The notes beneath the pieces were generated by a model. The model was not told the origin of the DNA, ran no database searches, and worked only from the letters and a program-made list of their open reading frames with translations. Of a stretch of DNA of 64,000 bases, positions 1-13,374 are shown in pieces. The position numbers were made by a program, and so were the translations under genes. This DNA is from Malacoraja senta (taxonomy: Eukaryota), in assembly GCA_038087875.1 (NCBI GenBank), contig JAXLNO010000320.1, positions 1 to 64,000 on the forward strand. Reading direction: 5' to 3'. Each line of letters starts with the position of its first letter. Within the stretch, counting starts at the first letter, position 1.

Positions 1-280
1 GAATGGGAGGGGAAAGGAGGAGAAAGCAAGGACTACCTGAATTCAGAAGTCAGTGTTCATACCGCTGGGGTGTAAACTACCCAAACGAAATATGAGGTGC
101 TGTTTCTCCGATTTGCGGTGGGCCTCACTCTGGCATGGAGAAGGCCCAGAACAGAAAGGTCGGATTTGGAATGGGAGGGGGAGTTGAAGTGTTGAGCCAC
201 CAGGAGATCAGGTTGGTTATTGTGAACTGAGTGTAGGTGTTGTGCGAAGCGATCGCCAAGCCTGCACTTGGTCTCACCGA
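1..280 (-). mobile_element. Penelope-like retroelement fragment (GIY-YIG endonuclease C-terminal part)
   Basis: Minus-strand translation GETKCRLGDRFAQHLHSVHNNQPDLLVAQHFNSPSHS matches the GIY-YIG region of the Penelope copy at 49754-50212. Confidence 0.85.
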
Positions 281-635
281 GGTTGATCACACGCTGAATA
301 ATCCAACCAGATTTTGTTAGGAAGTGGAAAGAAATAATAGAAATTGCATTCACTGCAACTTGTAAAAAGAGATGAGATACTGATTATAATTTTGCTGCAT
401 GTGGTATATATCATGTCTTGATTGGTGAATATGTTTAGTTTGTGACTTTATTTGAAGCAGAAATAATATGTGAATGCTTCATTGACCATAATCCCGACTG
501 GTAACTACGCACTTCGTCCGAGCACATTATCGCACGCGTCATGCAAGCCGTCTTAAATGTCCACCTAAACTGTCATTTGGCAACCTAAAAAGCTGCCGGC
601 TGGCAACAGGGAAAAAAAGTTAAGTGAGAGCCCTG
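280..635 (-). mobile_element. Terminal portion of a non-autonomous DNA transposon (hAT-like, CAGGG terminus)
   Basis: Reverse complement of 60351-60718. Its terminus reads CAGGGCTCTCACTTAAC on the minus strand, and it abuts the Penelope fragment. Confidence 0.65.
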
Positions 636-1226
636 GTGTGAGAACAAGGCCCCTGGTCTTGTAGCCACTCTGTGCTCGGCAGTGGTAACACTAGTGAATA
701 TCAGGGGCTGCTGATTAAACATTCTGCTGGAGAAGGTCGGCCCACAGTTTCTGGGTGAATGTTACACGGCACTTACTAGCCAATGCATGAATGTTGTCTC
801 GGGCCTTTCTGCATTCAAGCATGGACTACTACATTTACTGAGGACTTGCAAATGGAATTGAACATCAACACACATCATTGAAGAAGCTGAAAATGTTGGA
901 TCTAGGACATTACCCCGAGGAACTCCTACTTTGCTGTCCGGGGCGAAGGAGATTGATTTCCAACAACCACTGCTATCTTTTGTGTGGGTTTGACTCCACC
1001 CACAGGAGTACATTCCCGCTAATGCTTATTTACTTCACTTTTTCCAGGGTTACATTGTTATGCCACCTTCATTTAAAGGACAGTCACTCTAGCCTTGCAT
1101 CTAGAATTCTGTAATAAAATTGTACATTACAAAACGGATCCACTAAGTCCACCTATTCAAACAGGCCAACTATCAAGAACACCTTTACATTAATCCCATT
1201 TTGTTCTCCCCACGTTCACCTCGACT

Positions 1227-2523
1227 CAGGCACGTGCCGTGATTAATTACTCAAGGTAGGCAGTCAGTTGGCTGGCTGGGGGGGGGGGGGGGGGGGGAGA
1301 GCACAGGGAAAAAACGGGAGCACAGGGAAAAGTTGAATCAGTTGTCATCTTGAATGACAACACTTGTTCAAGGGACCAATTGGGGGGGAAAGTTCCTTTC
1401 ACAGCTTGTGGAGAGTCTGGGCCAGGGGTGAAGTTGCGTGGAGGGCAGGAGTGTTGAGAAGGAGGGGGTCGGGGATAATGCCAGTAACTCACCGCTGCTA
1501 CGGCGCTCCGGACGCGGAGCCACCGCATTGTAGCCGGGGATAGAAGCAGCTCGGGTAGCTGCGAGCGGCCGCTGGGACCCGACAGCAGTACTGGCCACCA
1601 CTTCAACGCCTTCTGCCGGCCCGCTCACCTTTGGCCGTGCTCTCCGTCTGAACACCTCTCGCCTGCCGCTCGCTGACTTCGCTCATGTCAGCCGCTTCCT
1701 GCAAATCCTTAAATTCCCATAGCCGAGTAACCTCAATCGCGCTGTTGGAATTTAAGGATTTGCAGGAAGCGGCTGACATGAGTGAGGCCAGCGAGCGGCA
1801 GGAGCGAGGTCTTTAGACGGAGAGCTGCCAGAGGTGAGCGGGGGCCTGCAGAGGGCGCTGAGGTGGCGGCCGGTTTCACTGTCCGGTCCGGCGGCCGCTC
1901 AAAGCCACCCGAGCTACTTCTTACCCCCCCCCCCCCCCCCGCCTCAATGCGGTGGCTCCATGCAAGGAGCGTCGCAAGTGGGTTACTGGCATGATCCAGA
2001 TCCCCTCCTTCGCAACGCTCCTGCCCCCCCCCGCAATTTTACCCCGGGCCAGACTCCCCAAACGCTGTGAAAGGAACTCTTCCCCCCCCCCCCCCCCCAC
2101 CCCGGGAAATACGGTATTTAAAAACATATAGCACCAAGAAATGTACTTACCACATTATTGGTACCGAACTCCATTCTTCTCTCTTTGTTTCCTAAGATAC
2201 TCTTCAGATAATGGCAATCCATATTTGAAAAACCCGCCAAGAAACTAGCGCTGCGCATGCGCAGTAGGCTGCTGCGCCTGCGCAGTACAGCAAAGGCAGA
2301 ATTTCAGCTGCCTTCAGCCCCGCTTGTCATTGACGGCTTGAAGCAGCGCTGACGGCACGTGGGCTGCACAGACCTTCGCGTGTTGCAAGTGCTGCAGATG
2401 AAATGCACGGAGATAGGCATAATTCTCCCATGCCTTTACTATTTATATTTTAGTAATTACCATTTTATAATTTTAGTCAGGGTAGGCAGTGCCTACCTTG
2501 CCTATCCTGACGGCACGTGACTG
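1227..2523 (+). mobile_element. Non-autonomous hAT element (composite, long internal palindrome)
   Basis: TIRs CAGGCACGTGCCG / CGGCACGTGACTG and a perfect 8-bp TSD CCTCGACT at 1219-1226 and 2524-2531. A second copy lies at 53078-54817. Confidence 0.9.
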
Positions 2524-2740
2524 CCTCGACTCTCCCCAAATGTTACTACTAACGTGCACATTATGGGTGATATACAGTGGCCAATTAACATGACAGCCCT
2601 ATGGTTTAAGGGATGTGGGAGGAAAGCCATGCAGTCAGGGGGAGCATGAAAACTGCAGACTGCACTTGCAGTTGGGATTGGTCTGCCATCACTGGAGATG
2701 ATGCAGCAGTCCCACTGCTGTGCCACTGTGCTGACCCAGG
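2524..2740 (-). mobile_element. Degraded tRNA-derived SINE (5' part; 3' part at about 1130-1226, split by the hAT element)
   Basis: Minus strand reads GGGTCAGCACAGTGGCACAGCAGTGGGACTGCTGC, like the SINE heads at 14470 and 39408. Confidence 0.6.
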
Positions 2741-2749
2741 CGTGACAAG

Positions 2750-3218
2750 TCCTCGCAGCGGCTGACCCAGCCGCTGCGAGGACTCTCCCGACGGCCAGGA
2801 ACATCGGGTCTCCGTAGAGGCAACTGTGGCGGCCTCGATGGGCCTGACTCTGGGGAGAACTGGGTTGGGGACTGGACATCGTGCCTTCCCCCACAGTGGT
2901 AACCATTGTGGGGGATGATTTTGTGTGTGGTGTTAAGTGTCTGTGTTAGTCTATGTCCAACATGGCGGGCGGAAGGGAGAGTGTACGCTGGCGCGGTTTG
3001 GCTGCCGCTGCTCTCCCTTCATGTTGTGTTTTCTGAATTTTGTTGTTGTCTTTTTTGGATCGAATTTCTGTTTTTTAATTTGTGTATTTGTGATGTCTTT
3101 ATAACTTGTTTTACTCTGATTATATGTTTATATGTTTCTTAAATTGTAAGGTGTCCTAGAGACCTCGGTATAAGGCACCCTTAAAATAAAATCTATTATT
3201 ATTATTATTATTATTATT
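2750..3218 (+). mobile_element. Retroposed insert with L2-like 3' end and (ATT)n tail
   Basis: Ends TGTAAGGTGTCC...AATAAAATCT(ATT)n and is flanked by a 62-bp direct repeat (2688-2749, 3219-3280). Confidence 0.65.
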
Positions 3219-4299
3219 ATCACTGGAGATGATGCAGCAGTCCCACTGCTGTGCCACTGTGCTAACCCAGGTGTGACAAGGTCTGATTTATAAATGACCC
3301 TGTTTGAGAGAAATTCAATGCCAGTTTTATTTTAAAGGAATTTATGTTGATGGCAATTTTAAATGCTCATATAAAATGGGAGGTCTTCTCTATTAATGGA
3401 CGGGAAACTCCCTTCTGTCATAGCCCTTTGTTAGGTTAATCAAGATACATATACATTTTTGCATTGCTTGACTAAAACTGCTCACTTAATTAGTTTTGTT
3501 TAGTGCCAAATGCAGTGTTTGTGCTTTTTGATTTTAAAATCTACACAATGATTACCCAAACAATGTAATCTAGAAATTAACACTAATTACTGTCAGTGCA
3601 TGGATAACTAATGTGTCAATCCTGATTCTTGTCCATTGCACGAATAGTCAATTCTCCTGCCATAGACGGATTTTAATCTTCAACTAACTTTCAACCTTAA
3701 TGTTTAGCTGTTTATCAATATTGATGTTTGAGACCTTGCTGTGCACAAAAAATTCAGGAGGTGGTGTACATAATTACATTTGTCAGGAAGAAATAGAACT
3801 GTGAAATGCTTTGGAACATCCCGAGGATGTGCAATAATCATTATATATTCATTCTTTTTCTTGGGGTTGCAACTAATAATGGAGGATCTACTTTTCCTTG
3901 TTTGTAAGTAAACTATTGGTTAATTCTCCTGTGTTTATATTCACACAAGTTTGGGAGAATGTGGAATTTTTCTTGCACAATGTGCAGCATTTGTTTAATG
4001 AATCTTCAATTATTTGTTGTGTTTGAGTATCTGCACTAAGCTTGTCCGTGCCTGGTCCTGTGATCTTTAACATTTTGTTGCAATGTTTGCAGAATAAATC
4101 CGAATAGTTCAAAATTGGATATTTGTGAGTTTTCCATTTTGAATTTAACTACATCTGTAACCTAGCTCTTAATCAACTATTACCATTAAATGTTGAGGAA
4201 AAACCTTGGTTCAATGATCAGAACACAAAAACATAACTTGCAGCGGTATCAGGCATAATTAAAAAATGGAGATCTTGAGCTGGTGGAATTACAAAATCA

Positions 4300-4800
4300 A
4301 CATTGTAGAAGTGTAAAAATGCAGGAGAAGGCCATTTGGCTCCTCCACTTCTCTTGTGGCCCTGCAAGTTATTTTCCTTTAACTCCGTATCCACTTCTAT
4401 TTTGAAAGTCCTGCCTGGCTCTGTTTTCACCACTCTTTGGGACCTTGCAGGTCATAACTGATCACTGCATTTTTTTTCTTTTGTATCCTCCGTTCTTTTG
4501 CCCATTACTTGATTCTATGCCTCCAGCCATTCACAATTGGGATCAGATTCTCTCTATTTACTTGATCTGACTGTCCATATTTTATATAATTCCGTCAAAT
4601 CTCTATACCTTGGAAAGCAATCCCAGCTGTACCACATCCCTGAAGCCATTCCAATAATCATTTCTACCCCCTCTCTGGGACCTTCATATCATTCCTGAAG
4701 TGTGGCGGCCTGAATTTGATGCAGTATACCAGTAGTAGCCTAACAAATGTTTTACAAAGTTTAAACAAAATCTAAAGCACACTTTAGATTTAAATCTAAA
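4300..4800 (-). mobile_element. Old CR1 LINE 3' fragment
   Basis: Degenerate similarity to the CR1 3' ends at 28001 and 24636 (GCAGGAGAAGGCCATTTGGCTC). Confidence 0.5.
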
Positions 4801-5939
4801 GCACACCATGTTCTGCTACTTTCCAAAAATTGTATACTATCAAACTGGGTCCCTCTGTTCTTGCAAACCTTCTGGAACTCTGCCACTTTGTCCATATTGT
4901 CTTGCTCTCTGTGTCTCTGTGATTACATTTCATATGACTATATATTCTGTTAGCCTATCCATATCCTCTTATTGCTGTGCTCATTTAAAAAAAACAAAAA
5001 AACTACTGAGCTTGCTGTTGTGCACAAATGTTAAATTTTGCTGAGAACACCCACAGCTAAATTACTAATACATTTCCTGAGTAGCAGTGCTCAATGCACG
5101 GAAGCACTTGACATCCACTTTGAAAGCTTTCCAGTTTGTCTTTATGAAAATATTTTATCCTTGCTGCACTAGCTTTTAATTCCATGGTCTTTGCTTTTTC
5201 TATTTAATTATCTATCTGGATTGTTAAATACCTTCTGACAATGCATGTAGATAGCATCCACTGCATAGTGGAACTGGGGTCCATGGATGCCAAAGGTAAT
5301 CAAACTTTGCATAAATTCTCCTGGCGATTTTTAAAGCATTTTACAAGTGAACAATCATGTTCATGGTATTCATTAATAATTGGATGCAGTATCTACTCCA
5401 TTAGTTTAATTATGAGTATCGCCAGGATGATTATTCAAGAAAACGAGAATTATAGCAAATGTATATCAAATGAAAGCAGCTGACAACACTGGATATAGCA
5501 ATGTCTGTGGAACCACCTAGAGTGCTGAAGACCTGCACAAAAACTAGCCACCTCTCTAGCTGCTGAATGGTACCACTCGCACAGATGAATATTGAGTTAT
5601 TGGAGGTGAACCTTCCTTCATTATAAATTCAGAATTGAATGCTACCTGATGATTAAGTGAAGTTCAACTCCATTAGCAGCAACTCAGTAAATGAAGCATC
5701 CATTTTGCGCATAGGAAGCCTGAGACAACATTTAAGCATGGGCTGTTAAAGTGGCAAATAACATTCATGCCCCATAAATGCCTGACAATGACCATCTCCA
5801 TTCATCACCACCTTGACATTCAATATCATTACCATTTTCACTTAGTTTAATCCAGGAACACACTAGTCAGTAGCCCCACTATTTTTGAAAAAAAATGGGA
5901 GGAAGGGCTAAGGGAGGGAATTACAGACCAATAAGCTTT

Positions 5940-6420
5940 ACTGAATAGAATTCATGCCGTACAGCATTGAAATAGTCCATCCCACCTCAATGCCAACCAG
6001 TAAGCATCCATCCATATTGATCTCATCTTCAATCACTTGGCATGTATTCTGCTATGCCTGATGATTCAAATACTTGTCTAGGTAGTTAAAGGTTGTCAGT
6101 AAGTCTGCTTGCACACTCTCTCAGGTGGTGTATTCCATGCATTCACCATCCTCTGGGTGAAAAAAAGTCCCCTTCAGATCCCCTCTAAATCTCTTACCAC
6201 TTTCCCTAAATCTATGTCCTTATCCTTCTGTAAATTTCCAATAGTTTACACTATCTATACCCCTCATAACTTTACCTTAGTCATGTCCCCTCTTAACCTT
6301 CTCCGCTCCAGGGAAAACAGACCTAGACTCTCCTTGTAATTCAAAGTGCAACGTCCTCGTGAATCTTCCCTGCCCCCTCCAGTACTATCTCATCTTTATT
6401 ATTGTGGTAAATGCTAGAAT
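5940..6420 (-). mobile_element. Old CR1 LINE 3' fragment
   Basis: Degenerate reverse complement of the CR1 RT C-terminus (CACCATCCTCTGGGTGAAAAA, corresponding to FFTQRVV). Confidence 0.55.
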
Positions 6421-6479
6421 CTATTGTAACCAAACACTTGGAAAGCTTTAATGGGGTTGGGAAATATCAACTTTTTTTT

Positions 6480-7560
6480 TTGAGGGTATAACTAGTACAA
6501 TAGCTGAGGGACAATAAGTGCATATGCTGTATTTGTAAGGCTTTATGGCTTTTTATAAAATCCCACAAAGGTTTAATATGCAAAGTTAATGCACATTGAA
6601 AATATACTGGCTTGGATTGAGATAGCAAACAGTAGGAATCAGTGGGTGTTTTTTCAGTATCAGAAGGCGACATGGGCAGGAACTGCAGGAATCAGCGCTT
6701 GAGTCCCATCTATTTACCATCCGTCAATGATTTGGATGAAGAAGGTATTCATCCATCAGTTTTCAGCTGATAGAGAATGGAGGAGGTTAAAACATTATAA
6801 ATCGTAAAGTTGTGTTTTAGTAGGTATATTCATGGCAGGTGCAGTTCAACATGGATAAATGTACGGTGAACTATTTTGATTCTTAATGAAAAAGGAAAGA
6901 AAAGTGGTTGGAGATGGGGAGAAGGGAAGGTGCAATGAGATCTGACTGTCCTTGAGCACCAGTCCTTGAAAGCAAGCAGGTGGGAAGACATATTGGGTTG
7001 GCTTTCATTGCAAGAGTTTGGCTATAGGGCCAAAGTTTTCAGCAGTTACATAGGGTCTTGGTGAGACACTATCTGGAATATTATGTGCAATTTTGGTCCC
7101 TATCTTAGGAAGAATGCCCTTGGCAAGGAGGGTGCACAGCAGACTTGCATAAGGGTAGGGAGAGATAATTGAATATTTATTTGCTAGCTGTACCATGGAA
7201 GAATGAGATATGTCATAGAAACCTATATATTTCTCATGAAACTAAATAGACTAGATACAGAAAGGATATTCCAGAGAGTAGGAGAATCCCAAACCAGGCA
7301 TTTGAGCCTCAGGATGCAGGATATGCCATTGAGAACCAAGTATGAACTTTTTTTACGCGGAGGGTTGTGAACCTCTATCAAAGGGCAATGAAGGGCAAAT
7401 CATTAAATATATTTGAGGAGAAGGTAAATGTATTTCTCAGTGCTAAAATGATCAAGAGAAGTGGGGACGACAGAAATTGGTGGATGAGCAGCTATGATCA
7501 TGCTGAATGGTGGTGCAAGACCAAACGGCCGCCTTCTGCTCTTAATTTTGATTGTTCTAT
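6480..7560 (+). mobile_element. Old CR1 LINE RT fragment
   Basis: Degenerate CR1 RT motifs (LVRHYLEY.CAILVP, FFTRRVVNL) and a CR1 3' end; many stops and frameshifts. Confidence 0.65.
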
Positions 7561-8494
7561 ATCTTCATCAGGAGGTCCCCAGAGGTTCAGGATTGTAGTT
7601 CATCATCAACCACATTACCCACCTCAGAAATCTTTTGAGGACCTTCTGGTGGAGGCATTTCTGATGCTATTAGTGATGTGCAATAAAAGCTGGCCATGCA
7701 AGTGATGTGCACATCCAGCAAACAAAATAAATACTGCAATCGTGCAACATCCTTTGCACACATGCTATGATAAGGCTTTCCTCATGCCTTTTTTTGGTCT
7801 ATAGCATTATTTCCCAGTGCCTCATGTTTAAATTCAGAAATGGCCATTGGTCTCCAGATCTTTGTCATAGGCTGTGTAAACTATGGTTTGTCTAGTCATA
7901 ACCCATACAACTTTAATAACCCAGGCAATTTCTCTTGATTATTTGAATGCTGTCAGAAAAGAAACAATGTCAAGTGACATCTACTTTACAGCTGTTGTCA
8001 AATAAGTTATACTGTTACGTTTCATTTTTCTTCCTTCAGTCATCCTAATCTGACTGTTCTGCCTCGGATTTTGATATTTCTATGTATTAGCTTCACTTAT
8101 TTCTCCCTTTCTGTGCAGAAATGTAAAACACATTATTTAAAACTCGCATTTTCCAGAATAGATTACGAGTGAGATAGAAATAACAACATTAAGCATAGAT
8201 GATGAAAGTCGGAAGGGCTGAAGTGAACATGCACATGACAGAAGTTTGTCAGTGGATACCTGACATAAATTACAATTTACCATAGTTAGAATTGGGTGTT
8301 GCAAATTGCTGATAGCATCGCTTGCATGCAGACCCAATTTTGTGTGCACCAAGTATTTTGTATCTGGAATCGTTTGTTTGAATCATCAGTGCCTTTCCCA
8401 TCTATTGTGCTTTGTGTTTGTGATGCCCTTGTATTTGATCTTGTTAAACGCATACAGTATTTTTTATTTTTGTTTCTTTCCCCCCCCCCAATAG

Positions 8495-8700
8495 GTTGTG
8501 AACAATGCATCAGAGAAGACGTTTGCCAGTGCCACTTTCAGTTCACTCCTTGATGTAATTCTCTCCACCATAGTCTTCCTCTTTCTCTCCATCACATGTT
8601 TCATGAAGCAGGGACTGTGTACATCACCTTCGCATGCCTCTGTTGTGGTTTTTGTCCTTGCGATCCTGCTTCAAGTGCTTTCCTTGGTTATCTCCATCAG
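8495..8700 (+). CDS. ADCY9: Adenylate cyclase 9, internal exon (start of M2 transmembrane cluster)
   Basis: Polypyrimidine tract plus AG at 8493-8494, GT donor at 8701. Encodes VVNNASEKTFASATFSSLLDVILSTIVFLFLSITCF...LSLVISIR, matching ADCY9 KTFASPTFSSLLDV; 206 nt, phases 0/2. Confidence 0.93.
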
Positions 8701-10829
8701 GTGAGGCAAGCATGCTGTGTGGAAGGCTGTATGTTCTACGGGAAAGGGCCAGTACAGAATTTCGGCACCATCCATAAACCACTGTTTGTGTAAATGTCTC
8801 AGTGCATCTGCTTTATAGTTCATCCATTAGGTGTTTCCCATATGTTAATTATGTCTTATCAAGGTTTAAAAAAAACCAAAAGTTGAAGACCCAAGTTATT
8901 AGGATCCTGCATCAGTTTGAGCAGTTTGAATTTCTGTTTTATGGCAAATTAACATGATCAAGAAATTCATTTTTATATTCAAAATCTTTTCAGTCACTTG
9001 GTCTTTGGTTTAATTTCAACCTTTAAATAAATATGTTTATTACTATGATCAGTTGTATAACATTGTTACAGTATTATGTGGTTCTATGTTAAAAGTAACA
9101 TCTTTTAATGGAAATGGGGGTGATAGGCCCCTGAACTCTTCTGATGCAGCTGCACTCAATTAGCTGACCCGACCACTGACTGTTGCTGCTGGCTTGTCTT
9201 GGTGCAGCATTCACTTCAGTATTGCTCGCCTGGATTCAAAGGTCGCCAGCAGATGTTACAGTGGACCTTTGAGGTTAGGAGGAGAAATCTGGACCGCGAA
9301 GAGCGTGTCTAATCCAGGTCCATTACCATCAAGCAATCATTCAATGTTTGAGCATGGATCTCCTGTTGTAAGGATAAAAGGCTGTTTACATGAGTAACTA
9401 ATATTTTGATGCCATTTATTTTTCTTTCTGCACTTTATCCTGTTGAACTAAACACAAGACTTTGGGGGAAAATCAACCTGGAGCAAATCAACCTGGAGCA
9501 AATGCTATTTGAGTATGAAATTGGAGGTGATGACTGCTGGACTCTCTCCTGTAGATGCTTAAGGCTTTTGTCAGCTTGCAACCCTGATTGAACTTGGTGC
9601 TCTATAAAAGCACAAATTACAACCCAACTATCAACCATGGAGGGAGATTAGGTCTTGTCAAGTGCAGTTGTCAACTGGTGCATTTTTTCAAAATGTAAAC
9701 CTTGCTAAGTAATCAAAAGCTATTGCATATTGTGTGAATATGTTGGTCTCTGAATATAAAGGTAGCTTCCCTCTGGTAATAGAAAATTCAAGATAATGAT
9801 GGACACGATCAAAATATTGGTTCTTTCTGCTCCACACTGTTGCCAGCAGTGCATTTAGAAATTCTTCATGAACTGACTAGTAGTAATACCCCAGCCAGTC
9901 CCTAGCAATTGCATTTGGGCCTCCGGACATGTTTGGGCATTAAAATGGGCTGAGGATGAATTAGAATTCTATTTTACAGAACACCATTTCTGCTATTCAA
10001 AGTTAATTGATTTCCTTTTCTGTCTTTCTAGCCCTTGCTCCAACCTCATTTAGCCTAGGAATGAAGTACAATATTTGTTTTTAATTTTGTATGGGAAAAA
10101 TGCCTGGAATTTGTGTGTGTGTGTGGGGGGGGGGGGGTTGAGTCTCTTATTTTGGAGTGTATCATATTGCTGCATAGTGCTCAAGTCCCTTACGCGCTCC
10201 AGCTTTGGCTCAGTAGCCCATGTTTTAGTAGATGAATTTGAAGAGTTCCTTTTCCCCAATTGGTGTTCAAGTTTAACTTTGGTCAGCAGCTGTATTCTGG
10301 AAATAGTAGATACTGCATGGATAGTAATAGTAACTTTATTGTCAATTCAAATAATGTAACAAGTAGTTACACAGAGGATTGAAATTAAATCCAGAGTAAG
10401 AAAGTTCAGAAATACTTGAAATGCATGTAATTTGATGCCGAAGTAACTAATTTTTTGGCTTTTATCGTGTAAAATTAAAAGTTAATTTATTCAGGTATTA
10501 AGGAAAATGGTTGCCAGTGTAACTTCATTTTGCAATGCTGGAAATACCATGATTCTGAGAATGGCATGTAGGGTTAATGTTACAGATCAGTGTCCTTCGT
10601 TGTTTGAATTCACATTGTGATCTTCAACACAGAATGATTATGTTTCAGATATCTATCTGACCAGTGTTCATACATGGGTCTGATTGTTAGTCAATAGATC
10701 CCTATATATCTACATCTGCTCCATTTAAACATTAGTGGCTTATGGTTGTGGTAAGTTTGAATTTATTTGGGATAGCTGTTATAATGAATTGCCCAGCTGT
10801 TCTAACCTCCATTCACTGTTCCATTGTAG

Positions 10830-10989
10830 AATGGCGTTTTACCTGGATGAGGTGATGCCATGTACCAAAAGACTGATGAGGGCAATCTCAGGCTGGCTGC
10901 CTCGTCATTTTGTTGGAGCCATTCTCATCTCTCTCCCTGCTGTTGCTGTGTTTTCCCATTTCACGTGTGAATTTAAAACCAATGTAAAT
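10830..10989 (+). CDS. ADCY9: Adenylate cyclase 9, internal exon
   Basis: AG at 10828-10829, GTAAGT at 10990. Encodes (R)MAFYLDEVMPCTKRLMRAISGWLPRHFVGAILISLPAVAVFSHFTCEFKTNVN; 160 nt, phase-compatible with neighbours. Confidence 0.93.
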
Positions 10990-11952
10990 GTAAGTATCCT
11001 TGCATCGCCATAGGGGAAGACTTGGAGAACAATCTATTATTGACTAAAATATCCTTAATTCTACTTGAAAGTTCTGCCACTTTGGGTTATTTTGTTCTGA
11101 AGTGAAGTGAAGGAGGTGTATTCAGTCTTAACTTGGGATTGGATTGATACTCAGCAAAGTTTGTTTTCCTTTGCAGTCTGGAAGCATCTTGGATTTTACC
11201 AAATTATTTTATCTAATTCAGCAGAGCCCTGGAGTCGTGCCTGAGCTGTGCATTTCCGATCAATTTCTTTGGTTGATAGCTGCACGGCACAATTTTAAAA
11301 AAAGTTGGTCCCTAACTTAAAATAGAAACCAGAATCTTTCTCATCTGTATGGTTCATCCATGTTCTGATTTTGATCTAATGAACTTTGAATGTGATGATC
11401 AAGCTGAGTTGTTCCACGAGAACGGACGGAAGTAGTAGGAGTCGCAGGTAGAAGAGTTCAGCCTTGAAATGGAGACAGCACTTGGCCCAAGCTAGAGAGT
11501 GAAATCTGAAAAGGAATAATTAGTCATTTTGGGAAGATGCATGCAGCTAAAGTCACCCAAAGTATATTTACTCACTGACACCTTTGTCAATGATTCCAAC
11601 TGAAAAAGGATCTAGTTCGTGGCAGATTTAGATGTGGCTAGAGAATGGTGGGGAATTATTCTTGCAGTGGGCATGCAGATACAGTAGCCCCTTGCTACGC
11701 AGTGGAAGAACTGAATCTTGGTAACTTCAGGCGCAGTGATAGTTTTGAGGGCATATTATCCCTCTCTGGAATACCATGGATTAAAACATTTCCATTTGAG
11801 TCTGGGAGTTCTGGTCAGTACAAGGTCTTGGGAGGTATTTATACAAGGCTATGGCTCTAAGCATGTGTTAAATGCAGAGGTAATGAATTTGAGCCTTCAC
11901 TAAAATTAAAATCAACTTGATTGAGATATTTTACTTATGACTCTTTCTACAG

Positions 11953-12101
11953 GTTACCATGTTCTTCTGTTGTGCAATGATCATCACTTTCATTCACTAC
12001 TGTAACTTTTGTCAATTGAGCTCCTGGATGAGGTTTTCTTTGGCAACCATTGTTGGTGTGTTGCTTCTAATTCTACTCTACGTCACACTATGTCCTTCAA
12101 T
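11953..12101 (+). CDS. ADCY9: Adenylate cyclase 9, internal exon (not in supplied ORF track)
   Basis: AG at 11951-11952, GTAAGT at 12102. Encodes VTMFFCCAMIITFIHYCNFCQLSSWMRFSLATIVGVLLLILLYVTLCPS with the ADCY9 HYCNFCQLSSWMR motif; 149 nt, phases 0/2. Confidence 0.93.
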
Positions 12102-12136
12102 GTAAGTATTGCACTGTAATTTGCTACAAATTTACA

Positions 12137-13258
12137 TTTGATATGGTCCCACTTAGGAGATTAGTGGGCAAAAATAGGGCACATGGTATTGGGGGTAGAG
12201 TGCTGACATGGATAGAAAATTGGATGGCAGACAGGAAACAAAAGAGTAGGGATTAACGGGTCCCTTTCAGAATGGCAGGCAGAGACCAGTGGGGTACTGC
12301 AAGGCTTGGTGCTGGGACCGCAGCTATTTACAATATACATCAATGATTTAGAAGAAGGGATTCAAAGTAACATTAGCAAATTTGCAGATGACACAAAGCT
12401 GGGTGGCAGTGTGAACTGTGAGGAGGATGCTATAAGAATGCAGGGTGACTTGGGTGAGTGGGCAGATGCATGGCAGATGCAGTTTAATGAGGATAAATGT
12501 GAGGTTATCCACTTTGGTAGCAAAAACAGGAAGGCAGATTATTATCTAAATGGTGTCAAGTTGGGAAAAGGGGAAGTACAACGGGATCTGGGGGTCCTTG
12601 TTCATCAGTCAATGAACGTAAGCATGCGGTACAGCAGGCAGTGAAGAAAGCGAATGGCATGTTGGCCTTCATAAAAAGAGGAGTTGAATATAGGAGCAAA
12701 GAGGTCCTTCTGCAGTTGTATAGGGCCCTAGTGAGACCACACCTGGATTGTGTGCAGTTTTGATCCCCTAATTTGAGGAAGGCCATTCTTGCTATTACAA
12801 GGTTAATTCCAGGGATGGCGGGACTGTCATATGCTGAGAGAATGGAGTGGCTGGGCTTGTATACTTTGGAGTTTAGAAGGATGAGAGGGGATCTTATTGA
12901 AACATATAAGATTATTAAGGGTTTGGACACGCTAGAGGCAGGAAACATGTTCCCGATGTTGGGGGCGTCCAGAACCAGGGGCCACAGTTTAAGAATAGGG
13001 ATAAGCCATTTTAAACGGAGACGAGGAAACACTTTTTCACACAGAGTTGTAAGTCTGTGGAATTCTGCCTCAGAGGCCAGTTCTCTGGATACTTTCAAGA
13101 GAGAGCTAGATAGGGCTCTTAATGATAGCGGAGTCAGGGAATATGGAGAGAAGGCAGGAACGGGGTACTGATTGGGGATGACCAGCCATGATCACATTGA
13201 ATGGCAGTACTGGCTCGAAGGGCCGAATGGCCTACTCCTGCACTTATTGTATTGTCTA
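12137..13258 (+). mobile_element. 5'-truncated CR1 LINE (RT C-terminus and 3' UTR), relatively young
   Basis: ORF pieces LGPQLFTIYINDL...SKFADDTKLGG and RRMRGDLIETYKI, with a typical CR1 3' end. Confidence 0.92.
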
Positions 13259-13374
13259 AAGCAGAATTACTTCCGTATGCTGGATCTTTCTGGATATTTC
13301 ATCCTCCCTTTTGGGGTCTGTTTTCTCAAATAGAGGGATCAAATAAACATAGATGCAGCAAGTTTTTAGGTCAA

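Noticed and set aside
1247..2127. Overlapping GC-rich ORFs, also at 31262-32468 and 52250-54200
   Set aside because: By-products of GC-rich palindromic TEs and the CpG island; no protein motifs.
9470..9505. Small tandem duplications (also near 23509, 51631 and 60311)
   Set aside because: Ordinary 13-15 bp slippage events.
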